Virus record (IMG/VR): IMGVR_UViG_3300036861_000632
Coordinates: 29,587 to 93,586 of that record
Direction: 5' to 3' (one strand)
Source: a virus
DNA length: 64,000 nt
Below the pieces are notes generated by a model. It had not been told where the DNA came from. It did not search any database and saw only the letters and a list, made by a program, of their open reading frames with translations. Both the position numbers and the translations under genes were made by a program. Shown in pieces: positions 39,044 through 49,051 of the stretch; positions within the stretch are counted from its first letter, which is position 1, and the number at the start of each line of letters is the position of its first letter.

Positions 39044-39316
39044 CCCCGCGAGTCCAGGGCGTGACTTGTCACGGCGTAAGACGGTTAAACCGCGGCCCCG
39101 ACTCTGCGGGGGTGTTTCCCCTCAGTACCTCGCCAGAACCTCCCCTTGCCAGTCACCCGAAAGGGCTTCTGAAACGACTGGCAACGTGAGTCTCTGACCG
39201 AGTAAAAGACTCCAACCGACGGACAGACGAACTGGCGTAATTGCACCAGCGGAACAAACCGAAAGGGTGAAATCCCGTCGGCATCGAACTCCCGGCCCAT
39301 CTTCGGGTGGACCTGG
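39044..39316 (+). ncRNA. Candidate structured RNA (multi-branched, GAAA/UUCG tetraloops)
   Basis: Five consecutive stems in a ~280-nt intergenic gap; family not recognised. Confidence 0.45.
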
Positions 39317-39322
39317 ACTTCT

Positions 39323-39982
39323 ATGGAAACAGCGACAAAAACTCCACTGATAACTGACGAGCAATCGCTTGTCGCCGCAACCTCTCGTTTTGGCCGGCAA
39401 ATCCGGGTCTATGATGACGGATTCGGCAGTCTCTATATCCATCGTGATTCGATGGGCATTTCCGGCATTGTGCGCGCCCAAACTTGGGAAGACGCCTATG
39501 CGATCTGCGAAGACGAGTTTTTCCCGGCCGGCGACGAAGAGGCCGGCGAGGAAATGCAACGGATCGAGGCCATGCCGGACGGAGATGAAAAGAGACACGT
39601 GCAAGCGTGTTGGGATGAGCAATACGGGTTTCGCGGTAACAGCCGCAAAGAATCCGACGGCTCGCTTTCCAGCATCTATGCCAAGGATTTGAACGGCGAC
39701 GCACTTGACCTGCTCACTCCCAAGTTGCTGGCTGAGTTGGAAGCGCGGGCGCGCACCGTGTCGGACGAAAACGACGCGAACGAGATCGTCGTGCGTCTGG
39801 CCATGCTGCCGTCGGCGTTTGCCGACAACAAGGACGACAAGGGAGTCGTCCGATTCAGCGCGGAAAAGCTGAACGGCTGGGTTGCGGAAGCCACGGCTTC
39901 CGAGGATGAGGCCGCGAAGTTGGAAACGCTGGACACGCCGGAAAAGATTCAGGCGCGGATTGCGGAGTTGCAAGCGGCCTGA
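39323..39982 (+). CDS. Acidic hypothetical protein
   Basis: 219 aa with genome-typical codons. Confidence 0.7.
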   Translation: METATKTPLITDEQSLVAATSRFGRQIRVYDDGFGSLYIHRDSMGISGIVRAQTWEDAYAICEDEFFPAGDEEAGEEMQRIEAMPDGDEKRHVQACWDEQYGFRGNSRKESDGSLSSIYAKDLNGDALDLLTPKLLAELEARARTVSDENDANEIVVRLAMLPSAFADNKDDKGVVRFSAEKLNGWVAEATASEDEAAKLETLDTPEKIQARIAELQAA

Positions 39983-40031
39983 AAGTCGTTTGAGCATGGG
40001 CGCCCGTGGAGTCACGGGCGCTCTAGCTCAG

Positions 40032-40280
40032 ATGAAAACAAAACTCACCAAAGAACAACTCTGGAATGCTTGCGTCGGGATGACGTGGGTTTGGGATTAC
40101 TGCAAAACCGGGACCGCAAAAGCCAACGCGCCGGCCATCCAAGGCTGGATTGAACGGCGCGGCGATTACACCGCGTCATTGAAAGTCTGCGCGGCCGTTG
40201 CTGCTGAAATCCGACGGCACCAGAAAGAACCATTCAGCAAACCCATTGGCACAGGATTCGGAGAAATCAGGTTTCCATGA
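40032..40280 (+). CDS. Hypothetical protein
   Basis: ATG at 40032 after a hairpin; ATGA-coupled downstream. Confidence 0.6.
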   Translation: MKTKLTKEQLWNACVGMTWVWDYCKTGTAKANAPAIQGWIERRGDYTASLKVCAAVAAEIRRHQKEPFSKPIGTGFGEIRFP

Positions 40281-40717
40281 AAACAGTCACCATCAACGAA
40301 AAGGAACGGCTCTACGTCATTCCTGAAGCCAGCGGGTACACCTGCCTTGGCTTCGACGTGTGCCAAAAACGCGCAACGCTACTCGCCGCCGAACTCGGCG
40401 TGGCTCCACCCGGCGCCAAGGTTGGCACCCTGACGGCCTACGAGGAATACGCGGATTTGATTTCCCGTGCCGAGGCGAAGCACAAGGCTACCGGCTGGCG
40501 CAGTTCCTCGGAACTCACGCCCGAACTCGTGGGCTTGGAAGGCCGGCGAGTGGAGATCGAGCACGAATGGGAAAGTGGCAGCCGGGAAACCGTGCGGTTC
40601 AAGGTTGGCAAGTCCACCGGGTTCATTCCCTGCCACTTGATGCTGGCCAACGTCAGAAGCCACGAAGGTTTCGCCGTCTGCCTTGGCAAGATAATCAGAA
40701 TCCGAACCATTTCGTGA
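40277..40717 (+). CDS. Conserved phage hypothetical protein
   Basis: LVGLEGRRVE...RFKVGKSTGFIPCHL pattern. Confidence 0.75.
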   Translation: MKTVTINEKERLYVIPEASGYTCLGFDVCQKRATLLAAELGVAPPGAKVGTLTAYEEYADLISRAEAKHKATGWRSSSELTPELVGLEGRRVEIEHEWESGSRETVRFKVGKSTGFIPCHLMLANVRSHEGFAVCLGKIIRIRTIS

Positions 40718-40785
40718 AAGATCGAAAGCTGAAAAGCACGGGCAAGCGAGTGCTGCTGAAAGAGGTCTTCAACTGACATGGCTTT

Positions 40786-41013
40786 ATGAGCAACCAGGAA
40801 CTCGCCAGAAAATTCAGAAATCTTGCGGTCTGTTTCCGGGTGAACGACCCGAACCTCGGCCACGTTTCCACGTTGGAAACGATGACCGAGGCGGGACTGG
40901 CCTACACTTACGGCGTGTTTCGAGGAACCCCTGCGAGATTCAAACGCGAACTCCGTCTGCAACGCGAGGCGATTGCGAAGGCGCTGGACAGGAAAGCCGG
41001 CGAACTCCAATGA
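40786..41013 (+). CDS. Hypothetical protein
   Basis: Coupled ORF. Confidence 0.55.
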   Translation: MSNQELARKFRNLAVCFRVNDPNLGHVSTLETMTEAGLAYTYGVFRGTPARFKRELRLQREAIAKALDRKAGELQ

Positions 41014-41303
41014 ACGCCACAGACGCCAGCCGGCTCGATACCGCCGACAGATTCTTGTCAGATAAAACGGACCTTGTTGTTCCGTGGGCGGCATCCGTCG
41101 GCATCGACCGCGAAATTGTCACGGTCTATATCGCCGAAACCCGAAACTTGACGGCGGACCACGCCGAAAGTGTCGTGGCTCGGCTATGGCCGGTTACTCC
41201 GAATCGGAGTTGCGGCTTGTTCAATCCGATTCGCAGCGAGTTGCGCGGCTGGAGCAAACGCTGCCGCGACTGTGGCGGCTTTGAACATCAACATTCTACA
41301 TGA
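41010..41303 (+). CDS. Hypothetical protein
   Basis: ATGA-coupled on both sides. Confidence 0.55.
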   Translation: MNATDASRLDTADRFLSDKTDLVVPWAASVGIDREIVTVYIAETRNLTADHAESVVARLWPVTPNRSCGLFNPIRSELRGWSKRCRDCGGFEHQHST

Positions 41304-41851
41304 CCACAACCCAATCCCCCGCCATGCAAACCATCGAGCGGGCTATCTATGGCTACATGGGCACGCTCAACAGCGATTACCCGAACCTAGTGTTCGACGA
41401 ACGCGGCCTCGCGCGGCTCGCCTCGATCTACGGTTGGATCACCGGCCTCAAGGCAAGTGAACAGCACAATGACCTCGGCAATCGCGCCGCCGAGGAAATC
41501 GTCGCCACCTTCGACCGGCTGAACAAGTGGGGCGCGCATCACGAACCCATCTTCGACCCTCCACGACCCGGCTGTGCGCGAGGCCGTCGCATCGAAACGG
41601 TCAAGGTCGTGATTGGCGACGATGGCACTTTTCACGGGTTCTCGCTGCTGTGGTTTTCCTATCTCAAACCGGAGGTCATTCAGGAAAACGGCTTCAAGGA
41701 GGACGGCAGCCGCATTCGCAAGCTCGGACTGTGGGGTGATCTTTACCATTTCAATTTCAATGGCGGGCTGATCTATCACGGGCCGGGACGCGGAGAGACG
41801 TTCACGGTCACTCTCGGCGATAGCAAACATCTGTGGGGGATACATACCTGA
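41300..41851 (+). CDS. Hypothetical protein (NGGLIYHG...WxIHT family)
   Basis: C-terminal FNGGLIYHGPG...WGIHT. Confidence 0.7.
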   Translation: MTTTQSPAMQTIERAIYGYMGTLNSDYPNLVFDERGLARLASIYGWITGLKASEQHNDLGNRAAEEIVATFDRLNKWGAHHEPIFDPPRPGCARGRRIETVKVVIGDDGTFHGFSLLWFSYLKPEVIQENGFKEDGSRIRKLGLWGDLYHFNFNGGLIYHGPGRGETFTVTLGDSKHLWGIHT

Positions 41852-41911
41852 CTCCGTTTCAGAGTGGAATCTGAGTTGCAATCCTTCGCGGTCAATGTAA
41901 TACAGGCTTCA

Positions 41912-42019
41912 ATGAAACGCACGACGCCCGAACCCCACGCGCCGGCCTGCTATCTGGCCTGGCTTGCGGCGACGGCGATTGCGGTGGTTGTGTGGATTGC
42001 GCGGATGGCGTGGAATTGA
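41912..42019 (+). CDS. 35-aa single-TM micro-protein
   Basis: MKRTTPEPHAPACYLAWLAATAIAVVVWIARMAWN, directly after TTGCAA-N16-TAATAC; below the ORF-track cutoff. Confidence 0.5.
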   Translation: MKRTTPEPHAPACYLAWLAATAIAVVVWIARMAWN

Positions 42020-43970
42020 AATGACTCTCACCAAAACCAAACGCCGGCAAACCCGGCCGCTCGCGATCCTGCCCACGATCCAGCAAAACGACCACGCCGG
42101 CCGCTTCACGGTGAGCCTGCTGTGGATTGAGAAAACGCTGACGGATTACCGCACGACGATCTTCGGTAGAAACTGAACCCATGAAAGCTCCCTCCAAAAT
42201 GACCGTGCCACAAATGCGCCGCGGGCTTTCCGAAGCCACGGGCGAAGGCCAGCCCAAGCCATGCGGCGAAAGGCTTCACGGCGTGAACGGATTCAAAGCA
42301 CGATGCACCCAGGAATGGGGCACCGAACATAGCCACTCCGATCATACAGCCGAGGAAGCGGCCGCACGCGGACTGGCCAAGAAAATATCGTGACACAGAA
42401 CCCCCAACAGCTTCCCCTGTTCTCCAAACTCCCTCCGCGCCGGATGAAGGCCGCGGGTGAGACGGCGAGGAAGTGGTTCAAGCTGATGCACGAACTGGTA
42501 GATCAGGCGGGAGCACCGAAGATCGGGAGTCCACCAAAAAATGAACATTCCAATCCGGGTAGTCTCAAACGTTGACCACCTGAGAACGCAAGCATGGCCG
42601 CGTTCAATGGCCTGCCGCCCTGTCGTGGGAGATTTCATAAGCTCACAGACAGGTCATCGGGCAAAGATAGTTTCGATCTGTCACGTTGAGCAGAAACGCC
42701 ACGGCCACCATGAAGCTCAAGCCGAACTTGAGGTCGAAGTTTGGGAACAGCCAAAACACTAACGCGCCGAAGATTGGGCGACCGCCACTCAACCCCACAG
42801 AATCGAATGAACAAAGAAATCGCGCCCGTGCTCGCTGAACTCAGCGCCGTGCTGAAAAAGCACGACATGGCCGGACTACTGATCGTGTCCAACCAGACGC
42901 ATGTGGACTGGCGCATTGAAGTTGAGGCGTCATGGTCGTGCGCCCGGATTGAGAAGGACGCCGATGGCAGGGAGGGGCTGCGCATCCGCAGCAAGCTGGA
43001 GGAATATCCGAGCCGCGAAGCTCAGAAGAAAACACTCGAATCGACAGTCGGAACACTCGTATCCATGACGGACGTTCTGTGGATGGCCGGTGAGAACATT
43101 GAACGGATGCTGAAGATAGTCGCGCAACACGTCCAGTTCTTCGGAAAAAGCACAAGGGAAGATTGACTTTACCGCGCCCCCGTGCGGGCGGGACTGATAG
43201 AACCCCGGCAGCTTCACACGCTGCGAGCGCGAACAATTTATGAAATCCCCCGATCAAATGACGCTGGTTGGCCTTGTGCTCGCCTACGTCAAATACACCG
43301 CACTGGCGCGTCTCGTGAAGGCGCGCAAGAAGTCGCTAACCGAGGAACTGATTGGCCGGCTTGAGGAAAAGACGCCGACGCTCATTGCCGGTTGGCGACT
43401 GCGCAAGTGCTGGCGCTCGGCCTACTCGGGCACCACGTTCGTCAACCGGCCCGCACATTGGGCGCTGGACATCCGGCGCGACACGAAGCCGCTGAAGGAC
43501 GCCGAGAAGCCCTGACCATTATTTATGAAATCACCACACACCACGGATTCTGAACGGCTCACGACATTCCTATGGGGATTCGCCAAGGGCGCGAATATTG
43601 ATCGGAGCGAGGCAGACCAGCAATGGGCTGCGTGGTCGCGTCAGCTTGGTGATGCAGAACGCGAGGCGGCAGAAAAGGACGGCGAGGATTCCGGGTTTGC
43701 CGAAGGCATCGCCTTTGCTCGGTTTCACGCGAAAGGTGCGTCGTGACCCTCGCCCAACAATTCGACGGCTGCCACGACTCCTTCAAGGAACGGGTCAACC
43801 GCATCGCCAAAGTCGCCAAGCTCACGCCGCTGGAGGTCTATGCGTTGTGGCGTGAGTACGCCAACGACTGCCTCGGCTGGGATCAATCTCCCGTGCTGGG
43901 CGAGTTCATCGAATGGAGCAAGGCTCCGCTTGGCGGAAACATGGACGAACTGAGAAAGGCAATCGTATGA
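42020..43970 (+). CDS. Run of 8 small early hypothetical genes (42020-42176, 42181-42393, 42390-42575, 42541-42762, 42807-43166, 43240-43515, 43525-43746, 43743-43970)
   Basis: Tightly packed or overlapping co-oriented ORFs. Confidence 0.55.
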
Positions 43971-44010
43971 CCCCCGACACTCAACCCGGCCCCATCATTC
44001 AAGGCAGCCC

Positions 44011-44649
44011 ATGAAAACACCCCGAAGCAGAAAGCAGATGATCGAGTTCCTGAGCGGACATTTCCGCTACGACACGATGAACTCGTGGAACGCAGCGACG
44101 AGTTACGCTGCCAACGTGAAGTTGAGCCGGCTCACCTTTCCGAACAGTGAGGCAAGGAACCGCGCCTACGATCTCATCCAGACCGACGAGGCAATGCTGG
44201 AAGTGAACAGCATTATCCGCGAATTCGACGAGGCTCACGATTACGAATGGCAAGCCGGGTTCAATGGGCGCAGCGCGGGATATATCGTGCTCTACCGGGG
44301 AGGTCGGAAGCCTAGCGAATACAAACGGATATGTCACGACTGCGGCCAGAAGAACTTTCGGGCGGATTCAACCAAGTGTGGCCGCTGCGGCAGCGAGAAC
44401 ATGCACGACTTTTCCGACCATGAAACCTTCACCTATCCCGGCAAGGGTGTCGATGCTGGTGAGGACTTTGAGGGTTGGGACACCGACTCACTGAGGAAGC
44501 GCGTCAGTCTGGTGATGCAATTCGACCGAATGGTTGAACGCTGCGTTGCTGCTTTCGTGGCCTTCTGTGTCAATCACGAGGCGGAGGAGGAGACCTATTT
44601 GGAGCCAAAGAAACGACTGGTAGCGAAAGAGATTGCTCATGCAGCCTGA
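44011..44649 (+). CDS. Conserved phage protein (HFRYxTMNSWN family) with Zn ribbon
   Basis: FLSGHFRYDTMNSWN...GFNGRSAGYIVL; CHDC/CGRC. Confidence 0.75.
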   Translation: MKTPRSRKQMIEFLSGHFRYDTMNSWNAATSYAANVKLSRLTFPNSEARNRAYDLIQTDEAMLEVNSIIREFDEAHDYEWQAGFNGRSAGYIVLYRGGRKPSEYKRICHDCGQKNFRADSTKCGRCGSENMHDFSDHETFTYPGKGVDAGEDFEGWDTDSLRKRVSLVMQFDRMVERCVAAFVAFCVNHEAEEETYLEPKKRLVAKEIAHAA

Positions 44650-44893
44650 TACCCAACCCGGCCCCTACTACGTCAGCGCGATTGACGGGCCGAAAAGCGC
44701 GCTCGTGTCCGGGCCGTATGCCGACCACGCGACCGCCCTAGCCCTCGTGGATCGGGCGCGGGACATCGCAAGTGACAACGACCCGCGTGCGTGGTTCGCG
44801 GCATTTGGAACCGTCCGCATGAAGCCGGAGGTCAACCAGCCGGGAGTCCTGCAAACGTGGGGCTACAACTTGGAACTGACTGAACGCGCTTGA
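44639..44893 (+). CDS. Hypothetical protein
   Basis: YYVSAIDG...GPY...WFAAFGT. Confidence 0.7.
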   Translation: MQPDTQPGPYYVSAIDGPKSALVSGPYADHATALALVDRARDIASDNDPRAWFAAFGTVRMKPEVNQPGVLQTWGYNLELTERA

Positions 44894-45198
44894 TTATCCA
44901 TCCCATCCGCACTACACAAACCACACATGCGAATCGGCCCAGTGATTCACCAGATTTCCGGCGAGAGGCTCATCTTGCCGGATGATCCAACCGACCACCT
45001 GATTGTCACCTTCGAGTTTGGTTGAAAAGCCGAACGTCGGCACAAGCCCTGAGCCGGGTGATGCCTGAAACAACCAATGTGGGCCGGGGACACGTTCCCC
45101 GGCCCTTGTCATTTGCCGACACAAGCTGGCGCGCGTCGCCGGTTTCTATCCACAAATGAATCCCAACTTCATCACCACGATCTTCAGCCGTGACTCAC

Positions 45199-46079
45199 AT
45201 GAAAAAAGCAGAAATTGAAAAGCGATTGGAGTACCTGCGTGGAGAACTCCGCGCCGAGCGAATCAGTTACGGAGAAATTCACGAACTGCAATCGTTGGCC
45301 AAGCACATCAACCCCGGCGATGTAGAACTTTTGGAAGCCGCCGGAGTGCCGGAATTTCATTACACCGGCATTGACGCGGATGAATCCGAACACACTGCCG
45401 CGCTGTGCAGTTGTAAATTGATCCGCTTGCATGGAACTGTGCGGCTCTATCACTGCCCGATGCACGACGCAGCGCCGGAATTGCTTGCGGCGCTGCAACA
45501 CACTCTCTGCTATTTGGAAGCCGACTCGGATGACGCCCAAGAGCGGGCCGACCATGCCGAAGCCAGCGCCGCCATCGCTAAAGCCGCTCTTTGACCGCTG
45601 AACCAAACCGCCATTACTATGCCGATTGAGATGCCGCGTCATTTAGGTGCGGTTCCGCCGCCACTTCCGAAAGGAAAGGCTGAAAAGATGCCCACAGCGG
45701 GGGCGCGGCGTCTCCCTGACAAATCCGCCAAGGCCAAACCTTTATGACCACCGAAACCACCGACCGCTTCATCACCCGCATTCTCAAAGCCGCCCCGATC
45801 GAATGGCCGGCAATCCTCCGACGCTTCCAGCGGCGAAACAAGTTCTCCACCTCCGACATGAACGACCTGACGCACAGGATGGATGACACCGCCGAGCGTC
45901 TGGCGTTCCTGTCTGAATACGTGACTGTCCGGTTTGGCTGCACGGGCTGCGGAGATAAAAACCCGGCGCAGGCGGTCAAAGCCGCACAAAAGCGACAGGT
46001 CAAAGTGGCCGTCGCCCTTGGATTCTACCGCCAATACCGCACGCCATTCTTTTCGAGTGGCGCAACTCCGCAGGAATAA
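45199..46079 (+). CDS. Two hypothetical genes (45199-45594, 45744-46079)
   Basis: First has ERISYGE and AAPELLAAL patterns. Confidence 0.6.
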
Positions 46080-46081
46080 TC

Positions 46082-46210
46082 ATGTTCCTACTCAGACCAA
46101 GGTGGAAAACCTTAAGCTATCGCGGGCGCGTTACCTTCATGTTTTGCTGGTTGCTGCTCACAATCTGGGTCGTCTTTATGGTGGGCCTTTGGAAAATCAC
46201 CCATCCGTAA
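46082..46210 (+). CDS. 42-aa single-TM micro-protein
   Basis: MFLLRPRWKTLSYRGRVTFMFCWLLLTIWVVFMVGLWKITHP; AT-rich; below the track cutoff. Confidence 0.5.
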   Translation: MFLLRPRWKTLSYRGRVTFMFCWLLLTIWVVFMVGLWKITHP

Positions 46211-46265
46211 TACAAAACCGCTTGCTTTCCTTTCCGCCGTCCCACACCCTTAACACCGCCAAACC

Positions 46266-48213
46266 ATGAAAGTAGAAATCACCGAAAACATCGAGCGCGA
46301 AGGCGTGGAAATCCGGTTCGCTGGCCCCATCTCGCCCGCCATCTCGCACGTCCTGCGCGAGAATGGATTTCACTTCCACCCCGACCGCAAGAATCACGGC
46401 GCGGATAAACGCTGGTGGACCAAGCGCACGCCGCAACGGCTGACGTTCGCGCAGAACCTCGTCATCGCACTCGCCGATCAACCGCAGCAAGTGGCTGCCT
46501 GAATCTATGCTCCAAAACCTAAAGCAACTCCTCGCGTCTCCCGAAGACGTGCTCCATCTCACCTTCACGAAGACCGACGGTGAGAACTACCGGCTCAGAA
46601 TCCACGTTGGGTTTACCATCGCCGGAACATTGGCCGAAATCGAAGCCGCAGACCTGACGCCCATCACTGCCGCAGTTGAAGCCATGAAGAAGGCCCGGCC
46701 GGGGCAAGCCGTTCCTGCCCGCAAGAAGCCAGGCCCAAAGCCGAAGCCGGCGACCGCAACGCAACCCGAACTGTCAGCCGGCCCCGACGCCGAGAAGAAG
46801 AAAGCGGACGAAGCCGCTGCCGAGGCCAAGAAGAAGGCCGACAAAGAAGCCAGAGACAAGGCCGAGGAAGAAAAGCAGCGGGAGATTGCCGAGCTTCAGG
46901 AAAAGCTGAAGATCGCACTGGCGAAGAAGGTTGATTGAACAATTCCCCGCGTCGCCTTAGCCGGGCGGTCAGTGGTCATTCACTGGTGCAGTCACGGCTT
47001 CGGCGGCGCGGGCCTTCAATATGAAATACTTCATCCCCCAAGTCACATTCATCGGGCGCAATGATGACACTGAAAAGCTGTATGCCGCCGAAGATGCCGT
47101 CCGTGAAGCCGTGAAAGAGGCGGCTGATGAACTCGGTGACGTGCTCGGCATCAACCGGCAGGATTACTGGACGCGCACCATGCCGATCGCGCTCATGCAA
47201 CTGCTCGACACCTTCGAGAAAGCGGTATCGGAAGCGGCGGCCATCGGGCTGCTGGAATCTCGCGGTTACACCGTAATGGTGCGCGCCACTGAGTCGCTGG
47301 ACTTGCCGCCCAAACATCCCAGCGGCCATCACGAATTTGTGAGGGACGAATGAAAACCATACCCATGTCCCAATTCGGCCGCGATCACTGGTCGGTGTTC
47401 GCCTACATCGAAACGCTGTGCGTCGATAACAAAGGCGTTCCCGATCACGACCGGATGCGAACGAATCCCAAGACGCATCCGGGCTTGGTCGGCCCGCGCA
47501 TCGCAATAATGAAGCGCAGTTGGAAGCCGGAGTACGGCAGCAGGCTTCGCGGGCACGCCATAGACAAGCCGGTTCAACGACTCAACCACGACGATTGGGA
47601 TTGCGCCGATGACTTGGTAGCGGCGGGACTGATCGAATCAAACGGCACGGGCATCAATCCGTGGTTCACTCTGACCAAGACAGGGCTGGCGATCGCAGCC
47701 GCGCTTCGCCAGCACAAAGCCAGTGGCGGTTCTTTCAGCAACTTCACGCCATGATATGACCAACGACCGCACCGACACGACCACCATCGGCGTCTCCCGC
47801 AAGCAGACCATCCGGGGCGGCGAGGCTTACGTGCTCAAACGCTCTGACTGTTCCGACCGCAAGAACAACGCCGTGAATGACTACGTGCGCAACGCCGAGA
47901 TGTTCGCCACGATGCCGCGAATGCAAGTCGTCAGGGCGGCGTTTCTGCTGGTGGAAGAAGTCAAGCGATTGAGAAAATTATGCCCCTCATCTACATCCCC
48001 CAAAAGCACCTGAACACCGTTCTGGAAACGCTCAGACTGGACGCTGACTCCGGCAACTTCGATCCGAAGTTGCGCCGCCAGATCGCCGCCGCTGAAGCCT
48101 CAATCAAACTCGCCTGCCCGCAAGTCCGCATCGACGTTAGCGGCGGGGTCGCCTACGTCGGGCGATGCTCAAGAGGCGTGAGGGTAAAGATCGTTGACCA
48201 TGACAACCGTTAG
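46266..48213 (+). CDS. Run of 6 small hypothetical genes (46266-46502, 46507-46938, 47021-47353, 47350-47754, 47756-48013, 47980-48213)
   Basis: Co-oriented packed ORFs; 47350 has FGRDHWS...HDDWDC. Confidence 0.6.
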
Positions 48214-48234
48214 GAAGCCGAGGTAAGCCAGTCC

Positions 48235-48291
48235 GTCAACTCGGCGTCAACAAATGTCAACACCTGTTAACAAGCGTCAACACCTGTTAAA
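48235..48291 (+). repeat. Phased iteron-like array, GTYAAC x6
   Basis: Units start at 48235, 48246, 48256, 48266, 48276 and 48286 (10-11 bp period; last unit GTTAAA). Confidence 0.85.
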
Positions 48292-48346
48292 GACAGCAGG
48301 CCAGAATTGTATGGACAGTCCCTCCTTGTCCCGTAATGTCCCGCTC

Positions 48347-49051
48347 ATGGCATATACGAAGCTTTTCAGTTCCATTGTGACTTCAACCATCTGGACGGAG
48401 GACGACCGCACTCGAATTGTCTGGATCACCATGCTGGCGATAAGCGACAAAAACGGCGAGATTCAGGCCAGTGTCCCTGGATTGGCGCGCATCGCCGGAG
48501 TTCCCGTAGAAGCGTGTCGGGCGGCAATCGCCAAGTTCCTTTCCCCGGACCCGGACTCAAGAACCAAGGACGACGGGGGTAGGAGAATTGAGGAAATTGC
48601 AGGCGGTTGGGCGCTCTTGAACTTCCAAAAATACCGCGAGATGGCGTCGAAGGAAGAATCGAAAGCGTCGGAGGCTATTCGGAAGGCGAGGTATCGTGCG
48701 AAGGTGGCGAGAAATAATGTCCCGAAATGTCCCGTAGGTGTCCCGCCTGTGTCCACGGAGAACCCGGACATAGCAGACTTAGAATCAGACTCAAACCCAT
48801 CTTATTCAAAGCTTCAAAGGGAAAAGCTTGACCAAAATCCTGATTCCGAGGAGGCGGTTGTTGCCCAGTTCAAGCACCTTCTGCGCGACGCGATGCTCAA
48901 CGATGGCGGTAAGTGGCGGAACCGTTACCGCAAGAACCGCGGCAAGACGTTGCGCGTGCTGCGCGCGTGCCAGAGCGACCTCGTAGAAGGAAAGGTGCCG
49001 CGCTCATGGGCCGCCTACGCCGAAGACCTCTGGAAAAGATTCGCCGATTGA
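48347..49051 (+). CDS. Initiator-like wHTH protein, paralog A (internal TGTCCC repeats)
   Basis: YTKLFSSIVTSTIW...VWITMLA...ASVPGLA...PDPDSRT...GRRIE...GGW...Y; repeats at 48718-48756. Confidence 0.75.
   Translation: MAYTKLFSSIVTSTIWTEDDRTRIVWITMLAISDKNGEIQASVPGLARIAGVPVEACRAAIAKFLSPDPDSRTKDDGGRRIEEIAGGWALLNFQKYREMASKEESKASEAIRKARYRAKVARNNVPKCPVGVPPVSTENPDIADLESDSNPSYSKLQREKLDQNPDSEEAVVAQFKHLLRDAMLNDGGKWRNRYRKNRGKTLRVLRACQSDLVEGKVPRSWAAYAEDLWKRFAD

Noticed and set aside
39215-39281. Hammerhead ribozyme-like three-way junction
   Set aside because: The core reads CAGACGA/GGAA rather than CUGANGA/GAAA, and there is no proper NUH site. Kept only as generic structured RNA.
48254-48346. N-terminal extension MSTPVNKRQH of initiator paralog A
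   Set aside because: Homology with paralog B and the promoter position put the start at 48347; the extension is the repeat array.
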